NCBI GenBank assembly: GCA_964544335.1
Contig: CAZJAJ010000002.1
Coordinates: forward strand, 78,109 to 142,108
From: an uncultured Methanosarcinales archaeon
GTDB lineage: Archaea; Nanobdellota; Nanobdellia; Woesearchaeales; JABIAG01
Direction: 5' to 3'
Length of the DNA stretch: 64,000 bases
The notes under the pieces were generated by a model that saw only the letters and a list, made by a program, of their open reading frames with translations, made no database searches and was not told where the DNA came from. This document shows positions 38,696 to 48,182 of the stretch, piece by piece. Position numbers and translations under genes: made by a program. Every line of letters starts with the position of its first letter. Position 1 is the first letter of the stretch.

Positions 38696-39727
38696 ATGAA
38701 ATTCACTCCCACTCTAAAAACCCTGGCACTGTCAGGAATTCTTGCATGTTCTACGCTGAGTTGCAGTAAAAATACAGAGATCACACCCGAAAATGAAGCA
38801 ATAGCAGAAGAATTCATGAGAAGTGAAATCAAAAAAGACACAGACACCTATCTTACAGAATTAGTCAAAGAAAAAATAGAAAAAGAACAATACGTAGAAC
38901 CTAACTTTGATCCAGTACATGAATGGGGCATAGGGGAAGCAAAACGTCATGATAAGACACTCCTACATACTATGAACAAAGTAAACCGATTATGTAGTAA
39001 CTTACCTGGCTATGAACCATTTACCGAACCAGGACTTTTAAGAGCGTGGCTTGTAACGGAGAGCTGGAATGGACTTGAAGAAGTAGTGGCATATCAAGTA
39101 AAAGAAAATGAATACCCTGTTCCTAAAGTTCCACCACCACAAGCATGGCTCAATGACCCAGCACAAATAGCAAACAATGGTGACTTTGCACTCTCAGGAC
39201 TGCAAGTAGGTGGCACAGAAGATGCACAAGGTCTACTCAAATTCTTACCAAAAGATGCATTCGAAGAATTTCAAGGATTAAAGCACACTCCAAGAGGAGA
39301 TGGTAAATGGGACTACACCAACACGACCATAACACCACAGCAATCAATCTACGGAGCACTCCTCTGGCTTGCAGATAAAAAACATGATGAAAACATAGAA
39401 ATCATTCCTCAAGGAAACGAAACCATTATCGCACAACAAGGATTCAACTATTTCAACGAACTCAAAGCACGAGGGCTCATCAATACACATGTTGACAATC
39501 CTTCAGAATATGTTGCAGACATCTTTGCACAATACAATCCAAACATAACAAATCCACAATCAATTCAAATCGGTCAAGAAGTACACCTTCCAGAAAGTGG
39601 AAAATTAACCGTAACCTTAACATCAAAAGGCGATGCAGAAGCACTCCTCAGATACAATGGTGGTGGAGATATTGAGTATCTTGACAAAATAGCATCTAAA
39701 AAACACATACCAACTCTTGATTTCTAA
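38696..39727 (+). CDS. putative secreted lipoprotein
   Basis: Signal peptide with LAC lipobox-like ALSGILACSTLSC. 343 aa. No clear catalytic motif. Confidence 0.45.
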   Translation: MKFTPTLKTLALSGILACSTLSCSKNTEITPENEAIAEEFMRSEIKKDTDTYLTELVKEKIEKEQYVEPNFDPVHEWGIGEAKRHDKTLLHTMNKVNRLCSNLPGYEPFTEPGLLRAWLVTESWNGLEEVVAYQVKENEYPVPKVPPPQAWLNDPAQIANNGDFALSGLQVGGTEDAQGLLKFLPKDAFEEFQGLKHTPRGDGKWDYTNTTITPQQSIYGALLWLADKKHDENIEIIPQGNETIIAQQGFNYFNELKARGLINTHVDNPSEYVADIFAQYNPNITNPQSIQIGQEVHLPESGKLTVTLTSKGDAEALLRYNGGGDIEYLDKIASKKHIPTLDF

Positions 39728-39763
39728 GTAATATTTATAATACCTGCATCCTAGCAACCCTGT

Positions 39764-41680
39764 ATGGTACAAATAACACTTCCAGACGGAACCAAAAAAG
39801 ACTTTGAAAGTCCTCTAACAGGGATGCAAGTAGCACGTGACATCGGTGAAGGCCTTGCTAGGGCAGCACTAGCAATCAAAGTAAACGGTACCACTACTGA
39901 CCTGTGGAGTGAAATTGTAGAAGATGCAAACGTAGAAATTCTTACCTTTAAACAAGATGAAGGAAAACAAGTATTTTGGCACTCCTCTGCTCACCTCATG
40001 GCTATGGCAATGAAAGCAATCTGGCCAGACATTAAATTAACCATCGGTCCTGCAATCGAAGAAGGATTTTATTACGACGTATACAAAAAAGAACCATTCA
40101 AACCAGAAGACCTTGAGCAAATAGAAGCAAAGATGAAAGAATTTGTCAAAAAAGATCTTCCATTTACCAGAGAAACCATTACTTACGAAAAGGCAAAAGA
40201 ACTCTTCAAAGACAACACCTTCAAACTAGAACTCATTGAAGAACATAAAGATGATAGTCTTTCAATCTACAAAAATGAATCAGATTTTCTCGACCTCTGT
40301 AGTGGACCACACATCCCATCTACAGGACGAATCAAAGCATTCAAACTCACCAAAATGTCAAGCGCATACTGGAGAGGAGATGCAGAAAGAGAAGAACTTC
40401 AACGAGTATATGGGGTAAGCTTCCCTGATAAAAAAGAACTACAGGCACATCTTGAAATGCTTGAAGAAAGAAAAAAATACGATCACAGAAAAATTGGAAA
40501 AGATCTAGACCTCTTTGAAGTTGACGAAGACATCGGTCCAGGACTCGTACTCTGGCTTCCAAAAGGAAACAGACTCAAAGAAAATCTAGAAAACTGGGCA
40601 AAAACAACTGAAGAAAAAGAAGGCTACCAACGAGTAACCACGCCAATTATCACAAAAGAAAATTTATTCTTAACATCAGAACACTTGCCGCACTACGCAG
40701 ACAGCATGTTCAAACCCATGGAAGTAGAAGGTGAACCCTACTACATCAAACCCATGAACTGTCCATTCCACCACAAAGTCTTTGCAGCACGAACACGATC
40801 ATACAAAGATCTTCCACTACGTCTTGCAGAATACGGATGGTGTCACAGATACGAACAATCAGGCGCACTCATGGGACTCATGCGAGTACGTGGCATGCAA
40901 ATGAATGACGCACACATCTATTGTACCAAAGAGCAAGCAGTAGATGAATTCGTAAAAGTAATCAAACTGCATGAATACTACTACAAAATACTTGGCATCA
41001 CTGAATACTGGATGGAGCTTGCACTGCGAAACCCAGAAAATGACAAATACCACGGCGATGAAGAAATGTGGAAAGAAGCAGAAGATCTCATGAAACAAGC
41101 AATGGACAAATCAGGTGTAAAATACATTGTTGAAGAAGACGGTGCTGCATTCTACGGTCCAAAAATTGATTTCCAAATTAAATCAGTATCAGGAAGAACC
41201 TTTACTGCATCAACCAATCAAATTGATCTCTTCATGGGTAAAAAGTTCGGTCTAAAATACACGGGCGAAGATGGGAAAGAACACGTCCCAGTAATCATCC
41301 ACCGAGCACCACTAGGAACACATGAACGATTCATCGGATTCCTTCTTGAACACTTCAAAGGACGACTTCCGCTCTGGCTCAATCCAAATCAAGTAACCAT
41401 CCTCCCAATTGCAGACCGATTTGCAGACTACGCACACACCGTCGCAGAATCACTACGAGAAGAAGGCATCGTCGTTGATGTAGATGAACGTCAAGAATCC
41501 ATTAACAAAAAAGTTCGTGACGCACAACTACAACAATACAACTACATTCTTGTAGTGGGCGAAAAGGAAATCGAAGATCAAACCGTCACCGTGCGAACAC
41601 GTGAGGGTGATGTACAAGGCGCAATAAAAACACAAGAGTTCAAAGAGCGCCTAGCATCAGAACTAAAAAATAAAGAATAA
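39764..41680 (+). CDS. thrS: threonyl-tRNA synthetase (bacterial/eukaryotic-type with N-terminal TGS and editing domains)
   Basis: 638 aa. N-terminal TGS domain MVQITLPDG, class-II motifs, zinc-ligand HxxxH/C context, C-terminal anticodon-binding domain. Confidence 0.9.
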   Translation: MVQITLPDGTKKDFESPLTGMQVARDIGEGLARAALAIKVNGTTTDLWSEIVEDANVEILTFKQDEGKQVFWHSSAHLMAMAMKAIWPDIKLTIGPAIEEGFYYDVYKKEPFKPEDLEQIEAKMKEFVKKDLPFTRETITYEKAKELFKDNTFKLELIEEHKDDSLSIYKNESDFLDLCSGPHIPSTGRIKAFKLTKMSSAYWRGDAEREELQRVYGVSFPDKKELQAHLEMLEERKKYDHRKIGKDLDLFEVDEDIGPGLVLWLPKGNRLKENLENWAKTTEEKEGYQRVTTPIITKENLFLTSEHLPHYADSMFKPMEVEGEPYYIKPMNCPFHHKVFAARTRSYKDLPLRLAEYGWCHRYEQSGALMGLMRVRGMQMNDAHIYCTKEQAVDEFVKVIKLHEYYYKILGITEYWMELALRNPENDKYHGDEEMWKEAEDLMKQAMDKSGVKYIVEEDGAAFYGPKIDFQIKSVSGRTFTASTNQIDLFMGKKFGLKYTGEDGKEHVPVIIHRAPLGTHERFIGFLLEHFKGRLPLWLNPNQVTILPIADRFADYAHTVAESLREEGIVVDVDERQESINKKVRDAQLQQYNYILVVGEKEIEDQTVTVRTREGDVQGAIKTQEFKERLASELKNKE

Positions 41681-41681
41681 A

Positions 41682-42284
41682 TTATTTTTTCTTTTCATTA
41701 CTACTATCATGTCCACCACTCACCAACTGAATCACTCTCATGATCAGTTCTACAAGAATAATGAACCCAAGATAGTACAGTGCAGTTGACCACATGCCCG
41801 CAAGCTCAACCACCTTATCAAGATGCAGTTCTAATGTCTGAGCACTCACCAAAAAACTACCAAGAATAGCAAGTGGAAGCATCTTACCAATATCGGTTGC
41901 AAGCTCTTCACTATAGTAAGAAGTAATCCGTGTACTTGCAACAACAGCCATAGACAAAATTAATATCTCTTGAGCACCAAGATTACTTGCAAGTAAAATA
42001 AGCAGTGCAGCATAAAATACAAACCACGTAAATGCAAGACTAGGAAAAAATAACACAAATTCAACAATATAGAGTAAAAAACCAAAGAACGCACCAATCA
42101 CGGGGTGTGAACTCTTATTATACTTATTAAGATCTAAATCAAACACACGATTGTTTGAAATAAAGTGATAAAACTTAAACACAAACACCGCATAGACAAC
42201 CATACCGAGCACATACAAAAATAATGGAAGTACTTCTGGAATAAAATTAGCTACATACGTATTCAAAGAACTCAAATCTACCAT
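41682..42284 (-). CDS. membrane protein, unknown function
   Basis: 200 aa, ~5 TM helices. Confidence 0.4.
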   Translation of the reverse strand: MVDLSSLNTYVANFIPEVLPLFLYVLGMVVYAVFVFKFYHFISNNRVFDLDLNKYNKSSHPVIGAFFGFLLYIVEFVLFFPSLAFTWFVFYAALLILLASNLGAQEILILSMAVVASTRITSYYSEELATDIGKMLPLAILGSFLVSAQTLELHLDKVVELAGMWSTALYYLGFIILVELIMRVIQLVSGGHDSSNEKKK

Positions 42285-42895
42285 TCTATATTCGAGCCAG
42301 GGTCAAGCACATGTACTTCAACCTCTGTCTCTTTTTCCACCTCTTCTTTAAAATGAACTGCATCTTCCTTTTGGCCAACGATTTCTCGATAGTGCATAGG
42401 TATGGCAATTTCTGGATGTAGTGCAACAACAGCACCAACAGCCTCAATTGCATCCATAGTATATGTGCCACCAACAGGAAGCAATGCAATATCAACATCA
42501 TAAATATTCATCTCAGGAATCAAATCTGTATCTCCTGCATGATACACGCGTTTTCCTACATCAAGAATATATCCAACACCAAGTCCCTTTGGATGATTGG
42601 GTTTACCAATATTATATGCCTGGACAACTTCAATCTTAACACCTTTAATTTCAATGCAAGAGCCAGGTTCAACCGCTTCTCCTCCAATTTCTGCCACCAC
42701 ATCTTTAGGGCCTACAATAACGGTCTCATCAACACGCAGTTGTTCTATTTTTTCTTTAGAAAAATGATCATAATGGGAATGGGTAATAAGAATAATATCT
42801 GCTTTTTGTGTATATTCACCAACATATGGATCTATAGCAATAGTCAGATCCCCTTCCAGTATAAAGCTTGCATGCCCAAGCCACGTTAAACGCAT
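42278..42895 (-). CDS. metallo-beta-lactamase-fold hydrolase
   Basis: IILITHSHYDHF (HxHxDH motif), with later HAGD and H residues. Confidence 0.7.
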   Translation of the reverse strand: MRLTWLGHASFILEGDLTIAIDPYVGEYTQKADIILITHSHYDHFSKEKIEQLRVDETVIVGPKDVVAEIGGEAVEPGSCIEIKGVKIEVVQAYNIGKPNHPKGLGVGYILDVGKRVYHAGDTDLIPEMNIYDVDIALLPVGGTYTMDAIEAVGAVVALHPEIAIPMHYREIVGQKEDAVHFKEEVEKETEVEVHVLDPGSNIEW

Positions 42896-42976
42896 ACATT
42901 TTTTACAGTATTTTCGTTTATAAATATTTCTGCAAAAACACCAAATGTTTATAAATAATCATCAGTAAACGACGAT

Positions 42977-44320
42977 ATGGTCTTAGATTCACTAGGAGAG
43001 AAGTTAAAAAACACCCTTGGAAAGATTTCCAAAGCCCTTTTTGTAGATGAAAAACTCCTCGATGAAATTCTACGAGACATCCAGCGAGCACTATTGCAAG
43101 CAGATGTCAACGTACAACTCGTATTCAAACTCACAAAATCCATCAAAGAACGAGCACAAAAAGAAAACATTCCAGGACTAGATAAAAAAGAACATCTCAT
43201 CAAAATAGTCTATGAAGAACTCGTACAATTTCTTGGTGGAGAGAAAAAAGAACCTGAAATTAACAAAAAGCCAACCAAACTCATGCTCGTTGGTCTCTTT
43301 GGTGCAGGAAAAACTACTACTTCTGGTAAAATTGCAAAATACTACACCAAACGTGGAAAAAAAGTTGCACTCGTAGGACTTGATGTATGGCGACCTGCTG
43401 CAATGAAGCAGTTAGAACAAGTAGGTAAAACTATTGGTGTTGATACCTATGTCAATCAAGAAGAAAAAGATCCCATTCAACTCTGGAATAATGTCAAAGA
43501 CCAACTAGGCAACTATGATTTAGTGATCATTGACACCGCAGGACGAGACGCACTCTCAGAAGAACTCATCACAGAAATAGAAGAGGTTACAAAAACCATA
43601 AGTCCTGATGAAAAAATTCTCGTACTGCAAGCAGACATTGGTCAAGCAGCACAAAAGCAAGCAGAACAATTCCACAAATCCTGTGAAGTAACTGGTGTTA
43701 TTATCTCAAAAATGGATGGTTCAGCAAAAGGTGGTGGAGCACTCACTGCATGCGCAGTAACTGGAGCGCCAATCATGTTTATTGGGGTAGGTGAACGTCC
43801 AGATGACTTTGAATCATTTAATCCAAAAGGATTCGTATCACGAATGCTTGGCATGGGAGACCTTGATGCACTGCTAGAAAAAGCAGAACTTGCAATGAAA
43901 GGCATGGACAATGAAGACATGCAAAAGAAACTCATGAAAGGTGACTTTGACCTCAATGATTTGTATGAACAAATGTCTGCCATGAAAAAAATGGGATCAC
44001 TCTCAAAAATAATGGACCTCCTTCCAGGAATGGGCGGAATGAAAATCCCAAAAGATGCACTCAAAGTACAAGATGAAAAACTCACCAAATGGAAATTCAT
44101 CATAGATTCCTGCACACCATTTGAGCGTGCAAATCCAGATCAAATGAGTGGATCACGAGTTGAGCGAATTGCAAAAGGCTCAGGAACCACAGTACAACAA
44201 GTACGAGAACTCCTCAAACAATACAAAATGTCTAAAAAACTCATGAAAACCATGGGCGGCTCTGAAAAGAAAATGCAGAAAATGATGGCAAAAATGCAAG
44301 GTGGCGGACTGCCTAGGTAA
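42977..44320 (+). CDS. srp54: signal recognition particle protein SRP54
   Basis: N domain, G domain (GLFGAGKTTT, DTAGR, ISKMDG) and Met-rich M domain. 447 aa. Confidence 0.95.
   Translation: MVLDSLGEKLKNTLGKISKALFVDEKLLDEILRDIQRALLQADVNVQLVFKLTKSIKERAQKENIPGLDKKEHLIKIVYEELVQFLGGEKKEPEINKKPTKLMLVGLFGAGKTTTSGKIAKYYTKRGKKVALVGLDVWRPAAMKQLEQVGKTIGVDTYVNQEEKDPIQLWNNVKDQLGNYDLVIIDTAGRDALSEELITEIEEVTKTISPDEKILVLQADIGQAAQKQAEQFHKSCEVTGVIISKMDGSAKGGGALTACAVTGAPIMFIGVGERPDDFESFNPKGFVSRMLGMGDLDALLEKAELAMKGMDNEDMQKKLMKGDFDLNDLYEQMSAMKKMGSLSKIMDLLPGMGGMKIPKDALKVQDEKLTKWKFIIDSCTPFERANPDQMSGSRVERIAKGSGTTVQQVRELLKQYKMSKKLMKTMGGSEKKMQKMMAKMQGGGLPR
44300..44316. repeat. direct repeat copy 1 (srp54 3' end), duplicated at 44386-44402
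   Basis: ggtggcggactgcctag is present twice. The second copy would still encode MHGGGLPR-stop in frame. Confidence 0.7.
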
Positions 44321-44385
44321 TGTTCATCAGACTAAGCAAAGCGCATGTCTGATTTCGTAGCCTACAGTCGAAACTGTAGATGCAT
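44317..44385. mobile_element. ~65-nt two-hairpin insertion-like element (copy at srp54), homologous to the element at tRNA-Lys
   Basis: Hairpin ATCAGAC...AGCAAAGCG...GTCTGAT, then TTTCG, then hairpin CTACAGTCGAAACTGTAG. It is flanked by 17-nt direct repeats that duplicate the srp54 3' end. Confidence 0.4.
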
Positions 44386-44434
44386 GGTGGCGGACTGCCT
44401 AGATGATTATTCTAAAAAATAACTCTCAAAATAC

Positions 44435-44914
44435 TTAACCAAAGACTAAACGGCAACACTTTAGGTTATCAATATCATCAAATGCATCATTATCATCATA
44501 AATGCCAACAAGCACATAGTTGTCATTACATTGAGCGCTCCATTCCTCTAATGCACTTTGACTTCCTCCATCATAGATGTTCAGTGCACCTCCACCTTCT
44601 CCAAAATTATGACAGTCAGTATAATCTACACTCACAGAAGAAGATTCAATGCCATTAATTGCCTCCTGCAAAGAAACAAGTTCACCATCAAAAACCACAT
44701 CTATTTCTTCAGAGCTATGGCCAAAAATAGCAGGCTGAGCAGTATTATATGCCCAAACACCAACAGATAAACATAATACTAAGAAAAAGGCACCCATCGT
44801 AAACAACCACTTATTGGTAAAATGAAGCTCAATCTTTACTGACATGGGAATATGTTCTATTTCACATATAAAAATGTATCCAACCACTAAATATATAAAC
44901 ATCCAACGACCCAA
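44435..44914 (-). CDS. membrane-anchored extracellular protein, unknown function
   Basis: 159 aa. One N-terminal TM helix, then a Cys-containing acidic domain. Confidence 0.35.
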   Translation of the reverse strand: MGRWMFIYLVVGYIFICEIEHIPMSVKIELHFTNKWLFTMGAFFLVLCLSVGVWAYNTAQPAIFGHSSEEIDVVFDGELVSLQEAINGIESSSVSVDYTDCHNFGEGGGALNIYDGGSQSALEEWSAQCNDNYVLVGIYDDNDAFDDIDNLKCCRLVFG

Positions 44915-44922
44915 TTCTTCAT

Positions 44923-46200
44923 ATGTTAGACCTTAAATTCGTAAGAGACAATGCAGACGTAGTAAGAAAAGATCTAGAAAAACGAAAGGACACAGAAAAA
45001 CTCGCTTGGGTTGATGACATCCTTGAAAATGACCAAAGATACAGAGAAAAACTACAAGAGTCTCAAGATCTAAGAGCAGAACGAAATGTTGTTTCAAAAG
45101 CAATCAACGACAAAAAGAAAGCAGGGGAAAATGCAGATGCCGACATGGCACGAGCAAAAGAAATCCCGCAAGAATTAAACAAAATAGAAACAGAAATCGA
45201 AGGCATTCTAGAAGGCATCCAAAAGAAACTCATGCGTTTACCCAACATCATGCATGAATCAGTACCGTATGGTGAATCAAATGAAGATAACGTTCCAGTT
45301 GAACACTTTGGTAAAAAACCAGAATTTGGATTCAAACCAAAAGATCACGAAGAACTTATGCGAAAAAATAATCTTGTTGATTTAGAACGTGCTGCTAAAA
45401 TAACTGGCAGTAGATTTTACTTTCTCAAAGGAGATCTTGCACTACTGCAAGTTGCTCTTGAAAAATACGCAATTGATTTCATGACAGAAAGAGGATATGA
45501 ATTAACCATCCCTCCAGAGATGATGAACAGAAAAGCATACGAGGGAGTAACAGATCTTGATGATTTTGAAAATGTCATGTACAATGTGCAACCTGATGAA
45601 TTCTACATGATAGCAACATCAGAACATCCACTTACTGCAATGTTCATGAATGAAATTATTGATGAAACAGAACTTCCAATCAAAATGGCTGGATTTAGTC
45701 ATAATTTCAGAAGAGAAGTAGGCTCACATGACAAATCAGACAAGGGCATTTGGCGTGTACATCAATTTAACAAAGTAGAACAAGTAATCATCTGTAAACC
45801 AGAAGACTCGTGGGAACTTCACGAAGAACTTATCAGAAATGCAGAAGACTTTTTCACATCACTTGGTGTTCATTTTAGAAAAGTAAATATCTGCACAGGT
45901 GATCTTGGTATTGTTGCAGCAAAAAAATACGATCTAGAAGCATGGATTCCATCAGCAGAAAAATACAAAGAAATCGTATCCTGCTCAAATTGTACCGCAT
46001 ATCAAGCAACACGATTAAAAATGCGATACAGAACACCTGAAGGAAACATTCCAGTACACACACTCAATTCAACATGTGTTGCAATCTCAAGAGCACTTGT
46101 GGTCATAATGGAACAATTCCAAACGTCAGAAGGTGGAATAACCATCCCAGAAGTACTACGTCCATACATGAATGGCAAGAGAATCATAGGTCACATCTAA
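44923..46200 (+). CDS. serS: seryl-tRNA synthetase
   Basis: 425 aa. N-terminal coiled-coil arm, then class-II motifs (FRREVGSHDKSDKGIWRVHQFNKVE, GGITIPEVLRPYM). Confidence 0.9.
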   Translation: MLDLKFVRDNADVVRKDLEKRKDTEKLAWVDDILENDQRYREKLQESQDLRAERNVVSKAINDKKKAGENADADMARAKEIPQELNKIETEIEGILEGIQKKLMRLPNIMHESVPYGESNEDNVPVEHFGKKPEFGFKPKDHEELMRKNNLVDLERAAKITGSRFYFLKGDLALLQVALEKYAIDFMTERGYELTIPPEMMNRKAYEGVTDLDDFENVMYNVQPDEFYMIATSEHPLTAMFMNEIIDETELPIKMAGFSHNFRREVGSHDKSDKGIWRVHQFNKVEQVIICKPEDSWELHEELIRNAEDFFTSLGVHFRKVNICTGDLGIVAAKKYDLEAWIPSAEKYKEIVSCSNCTAYQATRLKMRYRTPEGNIPVHTLNSTCVAISRALVVIMEQFQTSEGGITIPEVLRPYMNGKRIIGHI

Positions 46201-46233
46201 ACATTTAAATAGTTCTTTTTCTCTTTCTCTTTT

Positions 46234-46494
46234 ATGAAAATAAACTGGCTTGCATACACACTCATTGGTCTTGCAGTAATTATCACATCATCAATCATTG
46301 ATGGCATGCAATTCTTTATCATCATAGGCGCAGTATTCTTATTCATGGGACTCGTACGGTTCATGACACGTCCAACCTACGATCCAAAACGAGAACCTAA
46401 AACAGACGCAGATTACGTTCGCTGTCTAAAATGCCACGCGTGGAATTATCCAAACGCAAAAGTATGCCATTACTGTAAGAAGCGGATGCATTAA
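46234..46494 (+). CDS. small membrane protein with C-terminal zinc ribbon
   Basis: Two TM helices, then CLKCHAWNYPNAKVCHYCKK (CxxC...CxxC). Confidence 0.45.
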   Translation: MKINWLAYTLIGLAVIITSSIIDGMQFFIIIGAVFLFMGLVRFMTRPTYDPKREPKTDADYVRCLKCHAWNYPNAKVCHYCKKRMH

Positions 46495-46986
46495 TTCTTA
46501 AGATAGTTTTTAGAAGAACCAGGACCAACACGTGTTTCTATTTGTGCAATATCATCAAGTATTGGATGGTGTCTTGGAGTATATGGTGTATCAGGACGAA
46601 CACCAAATTCATGCTCAATAATGATTCGTGCATCTTCTGCAAGGGTAACAGAATCAAGAAATCGTTCTTCTCCTTCATTATGAAATAATGTCATACTATG
46701 AGAAACACATGTGCATTTAAAATTATTTTCCTTCAGTAAGAATATCTGAGATATCTGGAAACAACTCATCATAATTTTCTCTTGTAGGAATAATCCCTTC
46801 TGCAGCATATTGTTTTCGAAATTCATTTAGTGTTGCAAAATGATGGGTATCTTCAAATGGGGATGATACTTCAAAATCATATCTCCTATACCAATATTTG
46901 GGAAAGGCACCTGGATCAGGACAGGTACCCATATCAAAAACACCCCATCCTTGCGGACTCCACAGCAGCCAAAGAGATCGTTCCAT
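46491..46986 (-). CDS. hypothetical protein(s): two overlapping ORFs in different frames (46723-46986 and 46491-46826), possibly one frameshifted gene
   Basis: The first ORF starts in a TGATG overlap with the DRG stop codon, which implies translational coupling and a real gene. The second frame continues with plausible sequence (HSMTLFHNEGEERFLD...). Confidence 0.3.
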
Positions 46987-48095
46987 CAGAGCAAATGCAC
47001 CTCAACAATATCCTTATCTTTTACTTCCTTATCAAGACCATAGGACTGGCCAGGAAACTTAGAACTTCCCCACACCTTTGCCGTCTTAAATCGTTTCACA
47101 AAAGTTCTGTGCAATTTATTACACACATCACGAATAGTAGCACCTCTTTGAAGCACTAAAGGCTCACCCATATCAGCATCCTTTCCCTGCTCTTTCGTAT
47201 AAATCCGAACTAGCCCAAGCTTCTTAAAAATACCTTCTTGCAATTCAACAAGATTCTCTTTCTCATTTGCACTAATACAAATATCACCATTAAGTTGTTT
47301 TCGAACCGCTTCTGCTTTCTTAGGATCAATATCTGCTTTGTTAATCACAACAAGTGATGGAATATACACCCTATTGCCCGCAATCACATCAATTAAATCA
47401 TCATCAGTAATATCTTGTCGAACAACAATCTGACAATTCTGCCATCCCATTTGGCGAAGCATGTCCTTAATGAGTTCATCATTAAGATGTGTCTGTTTAC
47501 ACGTACAGGTTAAATCAATACCGCCCATCCCTGTTCTCTTCAGCTTTACATCAGGTGGGCGTACATTGAGTCGAAGACCAGCATCCCACGCTTCCTTCAT
47601 CAAGTACTCATAATGCTGTGGTTTTTGAAAATCAATCACCATCACAATAAGTTCAGCAGCACGAATAGCCGCAAGTACTTCTTTACCTCTACCAGAACCC
47701 GATGCGGCACCTTCAATAATCCCTGGAACATCAAATAACTGAATCTTAGCACCACCATACTCAAGCAGACCGGGAATAACATCAAGAGTCGTAAAATCAT
47801 ATGCGCCAACTTTGGAATCGGCCTTGGTCAGTGCATTAAGCAGCGTACTCTTACCCACAGAAGGAAACCCGAGCATAGCAACCGTAGCATCCCCATTTTT
47901 CTTAATAGAATACCCAGAAGTAATTCCTGAGCCTTTTTTCTTTTGCTCTGCACGTTGCTTAAGTTCAGCAATTTTTGCCTTTACAAGACCAATGTGGTGC
48001 TGCGTACGCTTGTTATATTTTGTACGAGACAGCTCATCTTCAAGTTCCTTAATCTTACCAGCATAGTCTGACTTCTGGCTCTCATATCCTCGCAT
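46986..48095 (-). CDS. drg: developmentally regulated GTP-binding protein (DRG, Obg family) with C-terminal TGS domain
   Basis: G1 GFPSVGKSTLL, G3 DVPGIIEGA, NKAD, and C-terminal TGS. 369 aa. Confidence 0.85.
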   Translation of the reverse strand: MRGYESQKSDYAGKIKELEDELSRTKYNKRTQHHIGLVKAKIAELKQRAEQKKKGSGITSGYSIKKNGDATVAMLGFPSVGKSTLLNALTKADSKVGAYDFTTLDVIPGLLEYGGAKIQLFDVPGIIEGAASGSGRGKEVLAAIRAAELIVMVIDFQKPQHYEYLMKEAWDAGLRLNVRPPDVKLKRTGMGGIDLTCTCKQTHLNDELIKDMLRQMGWQNCQIVVRQDITDDDLIDVIAGNRVYIPSLVVINKADIDPKKAEAVRKQLNGDICISANEKENLVELQEGIFKKLGLVRIYTKEQGKDADMGEPLVLQRGATIRDVCNKLHRTFVKRFKTAKVWGSSKFPGQSYGLDKEVKDKDIVEVHLL

Positions 48096-48182
48096 ACCCT
48101 CTCTTTTCTCTCAATAATTTATAAAGATTCCTTGTAAGAACACCCTACAATACATTTAAATAGTATACAACCACAAAAAACC

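Noticed and set aside
38560-38847. 95-aa minus-strand ORF spanning the lipoprotein promoter region
   Set aside because: It covers the palindromic regulatory region and the start of the lipoprotein gene. Arg/Val-rich low-complexity. More likely non-coding.
43642-44115. 157-aa minus-strand ORF inside srp54
   Set aside because: Antisense to srp54. No motif. Spurious.
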